From contig OZ059898.1 in NCBI GenBank assembly GCA_964057225.1, positions 14,012,001 to 14,076,000 of the forward strand: a DNA stretch of 64,000 nucleotides, written 5' to 3'. The stretch is from Auanema rhodensis. Taxonomy: Eukaryota; Animalia; Nematoda. Shown piece by piece: positions 1 through 13,467 of the stretch. The stretch's first letter is position 1. Every line of letters starts with the position of its first letter. Below the pieces are notes generated by a model. That model did no database searches. It worked only from the letters and a program-made list of their open reading frames with translations, and was not told where the DNA came from. A program made the translations under genes and the position numbers.

Positions 1-141
1 GACACATCTTTGACTTCATTGATAATTACGAATGAAAAGCAGTAACATATTTTTTTCAAACGTTTCACATCAAAAAATCAAAAATGAACAAGCTCAAGTA
101 TTTTCAAAATCTTTGCAACATATTGCAATCAAATCATTCAC

Positions 142-154
142 AAAAAATGAAAAA
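142..154 (-). terminator. RNA polymerase III terminator (oligo-dT), repeated in every unit
   Basis: Minus strand directly after the tRNA 3' end reads TACA-TTTTT-CA-TTTTTT. Confidence 0.85.
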
Positions 155-158
155 TGTA

Positions 159-230
159 TGCGTTCGGGGGGAATCGAACCCCCGTCGAATGCTTGGTAGG
201 CATCCATGCTGACCATTACACCACGAACGC
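159..230 (-). tRNA. tRNA-Gly variant with anticodon ACC (A>T at 197 on the + strand)
   Basis: + strand reads gcttggtaggcatcc instead of gcttggaaggcatcc, so the anticodon loop is CT-ACC-AA; rest of the gene is identical to consensus. Confidence 0.8.
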
Positions 231-696
231 TACGATGGCTCTTGAACTATTTGATTAGATGAGTTGACACATCTTTGACTTCATTGATAATTACGAATGA
301 AAAGCAGTAACATATTTTTTTCAAACGTTTCACATCAAAAATTCAAAAATGGACAAGCTCAAGTACTTTCAAAATCTTTGCAACATATTGCAAAACGTCA
401 AACCATTCTTAAAAAATGAAAAATGTATGCGTTTGGGGGGAATCGAACCCCCGTCGAATGCTTGGAAGGCATCCATGCTGACCATTACACCACGAACGCT
501 ACAATAGGTTGTGAACTATTAGATCAGATGAGTTGACACATCTTTGACTTCATTGATAATTACGAATGAAAAGCAGTAACATATTTTTTTCAAACGTTTC
601 ACATCAAAAATTCAAAAATGGACAAGCTCAAGTACTTTCAAAATCTTTGCAACATATTGCAAAACGTCAAACCATTCTTAAAAAACGAAAAATGTA

Positions 697-768
697 TGCG
701 TTCGGGGGGAATCGAACCCCCGTCGAATGCTTGGAAGGCATCCATGCTGACCATTACACCACGAACGC
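697..768 (-). tRNA. tRNA-Gly(TCC), representative consensus copy
   Basis: GCGTTCG TG GTGT AATGGTCA GCAT G GATGC CTTCCAA GCATT CGAC GGGGG TTCGATT CCCCC CGAACGC A: acceptor, D, anticodon and T stems all pair; A and B boxes intact; no encoded CCA (eukaryotic). Confidence 0.97.
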
Positions 769-1768
769 TACGATGGCTCTTGAACTATTAGATTAGATGA
801 GTTGACACATCTTTGACTTCATTGATAATTACGAATGAAAAGCAGTAACATATTTTTTTCAAACGTTTCACATCAAAAAATCAAAAATGGACAAGCTCAA
901 GTATTTTCAAAATCTTTGCAACATATTGCAATCAAATCGTTCACAAAAAATGAAAAATGTATGCGTTCGGGGGGAATCGAACCCCCGTCGAATGCTTGGA
1001 AGGCATCCATGCTGACCATTACACCACGAACGCTACGATGGCTCTTGAACTATTTGATTAGATGAGTTGACACATCTTTGACTTCATTGATAATTACGAA
1101 TGAAAAGCAGTAACATATTTTTTTCAAACGTTTCACATCGAAAATTCAAAAATGGACAAGCTCAAGTACTTTCAAAATCTTTGCAACATATTGCAAAACG
1201 TCAAACCATTCTTAAAAAATGAAAAATGTATGCGTTCGGGGGGAATCGAACCCCCGTCGAATGCTTGGAAGGCATCCATGCTGACCATTACACCACGAAC
1301 GCTACAATAGGTTGTGAACTATTAGATTAGATGAGTTGACACATCTTTGACTTCATTGATAATTACGAATGAAAAGCAGTAACATATTTTTTTCAAACGT
1401 TTCACATCAAAAATTCAAAAATGGACAAGCTCAAGTATTTTCAAAATCTTTGCAACATATTGCAAAACGTCAAATCATTCAGCAAAAATGAAAAATGTAT
1501 GCGTTCGGGGGGAATCGAACCCCCGTCGAATGCTTGGAAGGCATCCATGCTGACCATTACACCACGAACGCTACAATAGGTTGTGAACTATTAGATTAGA
1601 TGAGTTGACACATCTTTGACTTCATTGATAATTACGAATGAAAAGCAGTAACATATTTTTTTCAAACGTTTCACATCGAAAATTCAAAAATGGACAAGCT
1701 CAAGTACTTTCAAAATCTTTGCAACATATTGCAAAACGTCAAACCATTCTTAAAAAATGAAAAATGTA

Positions 1769-1840
1769 TGCGTTCGGGGGAAATCGAACCCCCGTCGAAT
1801 GCTTGGAAGGCATCCATGCTGACCATTACACCACGAACGC
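1769..1840 (-). tRNA. tRNA-Gly(TCC) C61T B-box/T-stem variant (representative; ~14 copies in block 1)
   Basis: + strand gggggaaatcgaacc gives GGTTCGATTTCC on the minus strand; the G53-C61 pair becomes G.U. Confidence 0.8.
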
Positions 1841-2302
1841 TACGATGGCTCTTGAACTATTTGATTAGATGAGTTGACACATCTTTGACTTCATATATAA
1901 TTACGAATGAAAAGCAGTAACATATTTTTTTCAAACGTTTCACATCAAAAAATCAAAAATGGACAAGCTCAAGTATTTTCAAAATCTTTGCAACATATTG
2001 CAAAACGTCAAACCATTCTTAAAAAATGAAAAATGTATGCGTTCGGGGGAAATCGAACCCCCGTCGAATGCTTGGAAGGCATCCATGCTGACCATTACAC
2101 CACGAACGCTACAATAGGTTGTGAACTATTAGATTAGATGAGTTGACACATCTTTGACTTCATATATAATTACGAATGAAAAGCAGAAACATATTTTTTT
2201 CAAACGTTTCACATCAAAAATTCAAAAATGGACAAGCTCAAGTATTTTCAAAATCTTTGCAACATATTGCAATCAAATCATTCACAAAAAATGAAAAATG
2301 TA

Positions 2303-2374
2303 TGCGTTCGGGGGGAATCAAACCCCCGTCGAATGCTTGGAAGGCATCCATGCTGACCATTACACCACGAACGC
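2303..2374 (-). pseudogene. tRNA-Gly(TCC) C56T B-box mutant, probably transcriptionally impaired (also 5243, 6046, 8183, 8986, 11926, their duplicates where present, and 54338)
   Basis: + strand gaatcaaacc gives a T-loop of TTTGATT instead of TTCGATT; C56 is invariant in tRNAs and important for TFIIIC binding. Confidence 0.7.
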
Positions 2375-5300
2375 TACGATGGCTCTTGAACTATTAGATT
2401 AGATGAGTTGACACATCTTTGACTTCATTGATAATTACGAATGAAAAGCAGTAACATATTTTTTTCAAACGTTTCACATCAAAAAATCAAAAATGAACAA
2501 GCTCAAGTATTTTCAAAATCTTTGCAACATATTGCAATCAAATCATTCACAAAAAATGAAAAATGTATGCGTTCGGGGGGAATCGAACCCCCGTCGAATG
2601 CTTGGAAGGCATCCATGCTGACCATTACACCACGAACGCTACGATGGCTCTTGAACTATTTGATTAGATGAGTTGACACATCTTTGACTTCATTGATAAT
2701 TACGAATGAAAAGCAGTAACATATTTTTTTCAAACGTTTCACATCAAAAATTCAAAAATGGACAAGCTCAAGTACTTTCAAAATCTTTGCAACATATTGC
2801 AAAACGTCAAACCATTCTTAAAAAATGAAAAATGTATGCGTTCGGGGGGAATCGAACCCCCGTCGAATGCTTGGAAGGCATCCATGCTGACCATTACACC
2901 ACGAACGCTACGATGGCTCTTGAACTATTAGATTAGATGAGTTGACACATCTTTGACTTCATTGATAATTACGAATGAAAAGCAGAAACATATTTTTTCA
3001 ACGTTTCACATCAAAAATTCAAAAATGGACAAGCTCAAGTATTTTCAAAATCTTTGCAACATATTGCAATCAAATCGTTCACAAAAAATGAAAAATGTAT
3101 GCGTTCGGGGGGAATCGAACCCCCGTCGAATGCTTGGAAGGCATCCATGCTGACCATTACACCACGAACGCTACGATGGCTCTTGAACTATTTGATTAGA
3201 TGAGTTGACACATCTTTGACTTCATTGATAATTACGAATGAAAAGCAGTAACATATTTTTTTCAAACGTTTCACATCAAAAATTCAAAGATGGACAAGCT
3301 CAAGTATTTTCAAAATCTTTGCAACATATTGCAAAACGTCAAATCATTCAGCAAAAATGAAAAATGTATGCGTTCGGGGGGAATCGAACCCCCGTCGAAT
3401 GCTTGGAAGGCATCCATGCTGACCATTACACCACGAACGCTACAATAGGTTGTGAACTATTAGATTAGATGAGTTGACACATCTTTGACTTCATTGATAA
3501 TTACGAATGAAAAGCAGTAACATATTTTTTTCAAACGTTTCACATCGAAAATTCAAAAATGGACAAGCTCAAGTACTTTCAAAATCTTTGCAACATATTG
3601 CAAAACGTCAAATCATTCAGCAAAAATGAAAAATGTATGCGTTCGGGGGGAATCGAACCCCCGTCGAATGCTTGGAAGGCATCCATGCTGACCATTACAC
3701 CACGAACGCTACGATGGCTCTTGAACTATTAGATTAGATGAGTTGACACATATTTGACTTCATTGATAATTACGAATGAAAAGCAGTAACATATTTTTTT
3801 CAAACGTTTCACATCAAAAATTCAAAAATGGACAAGCTCAAGTATTTTCAAAATCTTTGCAACATATTGCAATCAAATCGTTCAGAAAAAATGAAAAATG
3901 TGTGCGTTCGGTGGGAATCGAACCCCCGTCGAATGCTTGGAAGGCATCCATGCTGACCATTACACCACGAACGCTACAATAGGTTGTGAACTATTAGATT
4001 AGATGAGTTGACACATCTTTGACTTCATATATAATTACGAATGAAAAGCAGTAACATATTTTTTTCAAACGTTTCACATCAAAAATTCAAAAATGGACAA
4101 GCTCAAGTACTTTCAAAATCTTTGCAACATATTGCAAAACGTCAAACCATTCTTAAAAAATGAAAAATGTATGCGTTCGGGGGGAATCGAACCCCCGTCG
4201 AATGCTTGGAAGGCATCCATGCTGACCATTACACCACGAACGCTACGATGGCTCTTGAACTATTAGATTAGATGAGTTGACACATCTTTGACTTCATTGA
4301 TAATTACGAATGAAAAGCAGTAACATATTTCTTTAAAGGTTTCACGTAAAAAGTTAAAAAATGGACAAGCTAAAGTACTTTCAAAATCTTTGCAACATAT
4401 TGCAAAACGTCAAATCATTCAGCAAAAATGAAAAATGTATGCGTTCGGGGGGAATCGAACCCCCGTCGAATGCTTGGAAGGCATCCATGCTGACCATTAC
4501 ACCACGAACGCTACGATGGCTCTTGAACTATTAGATTAGATGAGTTGACACATCTTTGACTTCATTGATAATTACGAATGAAAAGCAGTAACATATTTTT
4601 TTCAAACGTTTCACATCGAAAATTCAAAAATGGACAAGCTCAAGTACTTTCAAAATCTTTGCAACATATTGCAAAACGTCAAACCATTCTTAAAAAATGA
4701 AAAATGTATGCGTTCGGGGGAAATCGAACCCCCGTCGAATGCTTGGAAGGCATCCATGCTGACCATTACACCACGAACGCTACGATGGCTCTTGAACTAT
4801 TTGATTAGATGAGTTGACACATCTTTGACTTCATATATAATTACGAATGAAAAGCAGTAACATATTTTTTTCAAACGTTTCACATCAAAAAATCAAAAAT
4901 GGACAAGCTCAAGTATTTTCAAAATCTTTGCAACATATTGCAAAACGTCAAACCATTCTTAAAAAATGAAAAATGTATGCGTTCGGGGGAAATCGAACCC
5001 CCGTCGAATGCTTGGAAGGCATCCATGCTGACCATTACACCACGAACGCTACAATAGGTTGTGAACTATTAGATTAGATGAGTTGACACATCTTTGACTT
5101 CATATATAATTACGAATGAAAAGCAGAAACATATTTTTTTCAAACGTTTCACATCAAAAATTCAAAAATGGACAAGCTCAAGTATTTTCAAAATCTTTGC
5201 AACATATTGCAATCAAATCATTCACAAAAAATGAAAAATGTATGCGTTCGGGGGGAATCAAACCCCCGTCGAATGCTTGGAAGGCATCCATGCTGACCAT

Positions 5301-8300
5301 TACACCACGAACGCTACAATAGGTTGTGAACTATTAGATTAGATGAGTTGACACATCTTTGACTTCATTGATAATTACGAATGAAAAGCAGTAACATATT
5401 TTTTTCAAACGTTTCACATCGAAAATTCAAAAATGGACAAGCTCAAGTACTTTCAAAATCTTTGCAACATATTGCAAAACGTCAAACCATTCTTAAAAAA
5501 TGAAAAATGTATGCGTTCGGGGGAAATCGAACCCCCGTCGAATGCTTGGAAGGCATCCATGCTGACCATTACACCACGAACGCTACGATGGCTCTTGAAC
5601 TATTTGATTAGATGAGTTGACACATCTTTGACTTCATATATAATTACGAATGAAAAGCAGTAACATATTTTTTTCAAACGTTTCACATCAAAAAATCAAA
5701 AATGGACAAGCTCAAGTATTTTCAAAATCTTTGCAACATATTGCAAAACGTCAAACCATTCTTAAAAAATGAAAAATGTATGCGTTCGGGGGAAATCGAA
5801 CCCCCGTCGAATGCTTGGAAGGCATCCATGCTGACCATTACACCACGAACGCTACAATAGGTTGTGAACTATTAGATTAGATGAGTTGACACATCTTTGA
5901 CTTCATATATAATTACGAATGAAAAGCAGAAACATATTTTTTTCAAACGTTTCACATCAAAAATTCAAAAATGGACAAGCTCAAGTATTTTCAAAATCTT
6001 TGCAACATATTGCAATCAAATCATTCACAAAAAATGAAAAATGTATGCGTTCGGGGGGAATCAAACCCCCGTCGAATGCTTGGAAGGCATCCATGCTGAC
6101 CATTACACCACGAACGCTACGATGGCTCTTGAACTATTAGATTAGATGAGTTGACACATCTTTGACTTCATTGATAATTACGAATGAAAAGCAGTAACAT
6201 ATTTTTTTCAAACGTTTCACATCAAAAAATCAAAAATGAACAAGCTCAAGTATTTTCAAAATCTTTGCAACATATTGCAATCAAATCATTCACAAAAAAT
6301 GAAAAATGTATGCGTTCGGGGGAAATCGAACCCCCGTCGAATGCTTGGAAGGCATCCATGCTGACCATTACACCACGAACGCTACGATGGCTCTTGAACT
6401 ATTTGATTAGATGAGTTGACACATCTTTGACTTCATTGATAATTACGAATGAAAAGCAGTAACATATTTTTTTCAAACGTTTCACATCAAAAATTCAAAA
6501 ATGGACAAGCTCAAGTACTTTCAAAATCTTTGCAACATATTGCAAAACGTCAAACCATTCTTAAAAAATGAAAAATGTATGCGTTCGGGGGGAATCGAAC
6601 CCCCGTCGAATGCTTGGAAGGCATCCATGCTGACCATTACACCACGAACGCTACGATGGCTCTTGAACTATTAGATTAGATGAGTTGACACATCTTTGAC
6701 TTCATTGATAATTACGAATGAAAAGCAGAAACATATTTTTTCAACGTTTCACATCAAAAATTCAAAAATGGACAAGCTCAAGTATTTTCAAAATCTTTGC
6801 AACATATTGCAATCAAATCGTTCACAAAAAATGAAAAATGTATGCGTTCGGGGGGAATCGAACCCCCGTCGAATGCTTGGAAGGCATCCATGCTGACCAT
6901 TACACCACGAACGCTACGATGGCTCTTGAACTATTTGATTAGATGAGTTGACACATCTTTGACTTCATTGATAATTACGAATGAAAAGCAGTAACATATT
7001 TTTTTCAAACGTTTCACATCAAAAATTCAAAAATGGACAAGCTCAAGTACTTTCAAAATCTTTGCAACATATTGCAAAACGTCAAACCATTCTTAAAAAA
7101 TGAAAAATGTATGCGTTCGGGGGGAATCGAACCCCCGTCGAATGCTTGGAAGGCATCCATGCTGACCATTACACCACGAACGCTACGATGGCTCTTGAAC
7201 TATTAGATTAGATGAGTTGACACATCTTTGACTTCATTGATAATTACGAATGAAAAGCAGTAACATATTTCTTTAAAGGTTTCACGTAAAAAGTTAAAAA
7301 ATGGACAAGCTAAAGTACTTTCAAAATCTTTGCAACATATTGCAAAACGTCAAATCATTCAGCAAAAATGAAAAATGTATGCGTTCGGGGGGAATCGAAC
7401 CCCCGTCGAATGCTTGGAAGGCATCCATGCTGACCATTACACCACGAACGCTACGATGGCTCTTGAACTATTAGATTAGATGAGTTGACACATCTTTGAC
7501 TTCATTGATAATTACGAATGAAAAGCAGTAACATATTTTTTTCAAACGTTTCACATCGAAAATTCAAAAATGGACAAGCTCAAGTACTTTCAAAATCTTT
7601 GCAACATATTGCAAAACGTCAAACCATTCTTAAAAAATGAAAAATGTATGCGTTCGGGGGAAATCGAACCCCCGTCGAATGCTTGGAAGGCATCCATGCT
7701 GACCATTACACCACGAAAGCTACGATGGCTCTTGAACTATTTGATTAGATGAGTTGACACATCTTTGACTTCATATATAATTACGAATGAAAAGCAGTAA
7801 CATATTTTTTTCAAACGTTTCACATCAAAAAATCAAAAATGGACAAGCTCAAGTATTTTCAAAATCTTTGCAACATATTGCAAAACGTCAAACCATTCTT
7901 AAAAAATGAAAAATGTATGCGTTCGGGGGAAATCGAACCCCCGTCGAATGCTTGGAAGGCATCCATGCTGACCATTACACCACGAACGCTACAATAGGTT
8001 GTGAACTATTAGATTAGATGAGTTGACACATCTTTGACTTCATATATAATTACGAATGAAAAGCAGAAACATATTTTTTTCAAACGTTTCACATCAAAAA
8101 TTCAAAAATGGACAAGCTCAAGTATTTTCAAAATCTTTGCAACATATTGCAATCAAATCATTCACAAAAAATGAAAAATGTATGCGTTCGGGGGGAATCA
8201 AACCCCCGTCGAATGCTTGGAAGGCATCCATGCTGACCATTACACCACGAACGCTACAATAGGTTGTGAACTATTAGATTAGATGAGTTGACACATCTTT

Positions 8301-11300
8301 GACTTCATTGATAATTACGAATGAAAAGCAGTAACATATTTTTTTCAAACGTTTCACATCGAAAATTCAAAAATGGACAAGCTCAAGTACTTTCAAAATC
8401 TTTGCAACATATTGCAAAACGTCAAACCATTCTTAAAAAATGAAAAATGTATGCGTTCGGGGGAAATCGAACCCCCGTCGAATGCTTGGAAGGCATCCAT
8501 GCTGACCATTACACCACGAACGCTACGATGGCTCTTGAACTATTTGATTAGATGAGTTGACACATCTTTGACTTCATATATAATTACGAATGAAAAGCAG
8601 TAACATATTTTTTTCAAACGTTTCACATTAAAAAATCAAAAATGGACAAGCTCAAGTATTTTCAAAATCTTTGCAACATATTGCAAAACGTCAAACCATT
8701 CTTAAAAAATGAAAAATGTATGCGTTCGGGGGAAATCGAACCCCCGTCGAATGCTTGGAAGGCATCCATGCTGACCATTACACCACGAACGCTACAATAG
8801 GTTGTGAACTATTAGATTAGATGAGTTGACACATCTTTGACTTCATATATAATTACGAATGAAAAGCAGAAACATATTTTTTTCAAACGTTTCACATCAA
8901 AAATTCAAAAATGGACAAGCTCAAGTATTTTCAAAATCTTTGCAACATATTGCAATCAAATCATTCACAAAAAATGAAAAATGTATGCGTTCGGGGGGAA
9001 TCAAACCCCCGTCGAATGCTTGGAAGGCATCCATGCTGACCATTACACCACGAACGCTACGATGGCTCTTGAACTATTAGATTAGATGAGTTGACACATC
9101 TTTGACTTCATTGATAATTACGAATGAAAAGCAGTAACATATTTTTTTCAAACGTTTCACATCAAAAAATCAAAAATGAACAAGCTCAAGTATTTTCAAA
9201 ATCTTTGCAACATATTGCAATCAAATCATTCACAAAAAATGAAAAATGTATGCGTTCGGGGGGAATCGAACCCCCGTCGAATGCTTGGAAGGCATCCATG
9301 CTGACCATTACACCACGAACGCTACGATGGCTCTTGAACTATTTGATTAGATGAGTTGACACATCTTTGACTTCATTGATAATTACGAATGAAAAGCAGT
9401 AACATATTTTTTTCAAACGTTTCACATCAAAAATTCAAAAATGGACAAGCTCAAGTACTTTCAAAATCTTTGCAACATATTGCAAAACGTCAAACCATTC
9501 TTAAAAAATGAAAAATGTATGCGTTCGGGGGGAATCGAACCCCCGTCGAATGCTTGGAAGGCATCCATGCTGACCATTACACCACGAACGCTACGATGGC
9601 TCTTGAACTATTAGATTAGATGAGTTGACACATCTTTGACTTCATTGATAATTACGAATGAAAAGCAGAAACATATTTTTTCAACGTTTCACATCAAAAA
9701 TTCAAAAATGGACAAGCTCAAGTATTTTCAAAATCTTTGCAACATATTGCAATCAAATCGTTCACAAAAAATGAAAAATGTATGCGTTCGGGGGGAATCG
9801 AACCCCCGTCGAATGCTTGGAAGGCATCCATGCTGACCATTACACCACGAACGCTACGATGGCTCTTGAACTATTTGATTAGATGAGTTGACACATCTTT
9901 GACTTCATTGATAATTACGAATGAAAAGCAGTAACATATTTTTTTCAAACGTTTCACATCAAAAATTCAAAGATGGACAAGCTCAAGTATTTTCAAAATC
10001 TTTGCAACATATTGCAAAACGTCAAATCATTCAGCAAAAATGAAAAATGTATGCGTTCGGGGGGAATCGAACCCCCGTCGAATGCTTGGAAGGCATCCAT
10101 GCTGACCATTACACCACGAACGCTACAATAGGTTGTGAACTATTAGATTAGATGAGTTGACACATCTTTGACTTCATTGATAATTACGAATGAAAAGCAG
10201 TAACATATTTTTTTCAAACGTTTCACATCGAAAATTCAAAAATGGACAAGCTCAAGTACTTTCAAAATCTTTGCAACATATTGCAAAACGTCAAATCATT
10301 CAGCAAAAATGAAAAATGTATGCGTTCGGGGGGAATCGAACCCCCGTCGAATGCTTGGAAGGCATCCATGCTGACCATTACACCACGAACGCTACGATGG
10401 CTCTTGAACTATTAGATTAGATGAGTTGACACATATTTGACTTCATTGATAATTACGAATGAAAAGCAGTAACATATTTTTTTCAAACGTTTCACATCAA
10501 AAATTCAAAAATGGACAAGCTCAAGTATTTTCAAAATCTTTGCAACATATTGCAATCAAATCGTTCAGAAAAAATGAAAAATGTGTGCGTTCGGGGGGAA
10601 TCGAACCCCCGTCGAATGCTTGGAAGGCATCCATGCTGACCATTACACCACGAACGCTACAATAGGTTGTGAACTATTAGATTAGATGAGTTGACACATC
10701 TTTGACTTCATATATAATTACGAATGAAAAGCAGTAACATATTTTTTTCAAACGTTTCACATCAAAAATTCAAAAATGGACAAGCTCAAGTACTTTCAAA
10801 ATCTTTGCAACATATTGCAAAACGTCAAACCATTCTTAAAAAATGAAAAATGTATGCGTTCGGGGGGAATCGAACCCCCGTCGAATGCTTGGAAGGCATC
10901 CATGCTGACCATTACACCACGAACGCTACGATGGCTCTTGAACTATTAGATTAGATGAGTTGACACATCTTTGACTTCATTGATAATTACGAATGAAAAG
11001 CAGTAACATATTTCTTTAAAGGTTTCACGTAAAAAGTTAAAAAATGGACAAGCTAAAGTACTTTCAAAATCTTTGCAACATATTGCAAAACGTCAAATCA
11101 TTCAGCAAAAATGAAAAATGTATGCGTTCGGGGGGAATCGAACCCCCGTCGAATGCTTGGAAGGCATCCATGCTGACCATTACACCACGAACGCTACGAT
11201 GGCTCTTGAACTATTAGATTAGATGAGTTGACACATCTTTGACTTCATTGATAATTACGAATGAAAAGCAGTAACATATTTTTTTCAAACGTTTCACATC

Positions 11301-13122
11301 GAAAATTCAAAAATGGACAAGCTCAAGTACTTTCAAAATCTTTGCAACATATTGCAAAACGTCAAACCATTCTTAAAAAATGAAAAATGTATGCGTTCGG
11401 GGGAAATCGAACCCCCGTCGAATGCTTGGAAGGCATCCATGCTGACCATTACACCACGAACGCTACGATGGCTCTTGAACTATTTGATTAGATGAGTTGA
11501 CACATCTTTGACTTCATATATAATTACGAATGAAAAGCAGTAACATATTTTTTTCAAACGTTTCACATCAAAAAATCAAAAATGGACAAGCTCAAGTATT
11601 TTCCAAATCTTTGCAACATATTGCAAAACGTCAAACCATTCTTAAAAAATGAAAAATGTATGCGTTCGGGGGAAATCGAACCCCCGTCGAATGCTTGGAA
11701 GGCATCCATGCTGACCATTACACCACGAACGCTACAATAGGTTGTGAACTATTAGATTAGATGAGTTGACACATCTTTGACTTCATATATAATTACGAAT
11801 GAAAAGCAGAAACATATTTTTTTCAAACGTTTCACATCAAAAATTCAAAAATGGACAAGCTCAAGTATTTTCAAAATCTTTGCAACATATTGCAATCAAA
11901 TCATTCACAAAAAATGAAAAATGTATGCGTTCGGGGGGAATCAAACCCCCGTCGAATGCTTGGAAGGCATCCATGCTGACCATTACACCACGAACGCTAC
12001 GATGGCTCTTGAACTGTTAGATTAGATGAGTTGACACATCTTTGACTTCATTGATAATTACGAATGAAAAGCAGTAACATATTTTTTTCAAACGTTTCAC
12101 ATCGAAAATTCAAAAATGGACAAGCTCAAGTACTTTCAAAATCTTTGCAACATATTGCAAAACGTCAAATCATTCAGCAAAAATGAAAAATGTATGCGTT
12201 CGGGGGAAATCGAACCCCCGTCGAATGATTGGAAGGCATCCATGCTGACCATTACACCACGAACGCTACAATAGGTTGTGAACTATTAGATTAGATGAGT
12301 TGACACATCTTTGACTTCATTGATAATTACGAATGAAAAGCAGTAACATATTTTTTTCAAACGTTTCACATCAAAAATTCAAAAATGGACAAGCTCAAGT
12401 ATTTTCAAAATCTTTGCAATATATTGCAATCAAATCATTCACAAAAAATGAAAAATGTATGCGTTCGGGGGGAATCGAACCCCCGTCGAATGCTTGGAAG
12501 GCATCCATGCTGACCATTACACCACGAACGCTACGATGGCTCTTGAACTATTAGATTAGATGAGTTGACACATCTTTGACTTCATTGATAATTACGAATG
12601 AAAAGCAGTAACATATTTTTTTCAAACGTTTCACATCAAAAATTCAAAAATGGACAAGCTCAAGTACTTTCAAAATCTTTGCAACATATTGCAATCAAAT
12701 CATTCACAAAAAATGAAAAATGTATGCGTTCGGGGGGAATCGAACCCCCGTCGAATGCTTGGAAGGCATCCATGCTGACTATTACACCACGAACGCTACG
12801 ATGGCTCTTGAACTATTAGATTAGATGAGTTGACACATCTTTGACTTCATATATAATTACAGAATGAGAAGCAGAAACATATTTTTTTAACGTTTCACAT
12901 CAAAAAATCAAAAATGGACAAGCTCAAGTATTTTCAAGATCTTTGCAACATATAGCAAAACGTCAAACCATTCTTAAAAAATGAAAAATGTATGCGTTCG
13001 GGGGGAATCGAACCCCCGTCGAATGCTTGGAAGGCATCCATGCTGACCATTACACCACGAACGCTACGATGGCTCTTGAACTATTAGATTAGATGAGTTG
13101 ACACATCTTTGACTTCATATAT

Positions 13123-13467
13123 CGTTCCGTTATGCTCCTGCGTCGATAATATAAACCATTGTAGTTTATACTATGACGCGCATAGTATTCCTTGGTGTAG
13201 CGGTAAGGAATAAAGAGCATAAGGTCAATCATAAGATAAAAGAGAGAAAGATTTATTAGCATGAAACTACAACAATAATATACAAAGATAAAGATACAAT
13301 ACAATAAGATAAATATAAGTATAAAGACTAAACTACAAGCCGTCCATGAGCTTGCTAAGAGGCGAACTCCCGACCAAGGGAACGAGGGAAGGCGGAGCCA
13401 TTCCTCGGTCCTCTGGTCGTCTGGCTCTAACCCTTCAGCTACATATATGGGGAGTCCGAATGGAACG
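13123..13467 (-). mobile_element. Solo LTR (345 bp) of gypsy family B
   Basis: Reverse complement is near-identical to LTRs at 55592 and 58811; CGTTCC...GGAACG termini; 4 bp TSD ATAT (13119-13122 / 13468-13471) restores the spacer sequence gacttcatatataattac. Confidence 0.95.
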
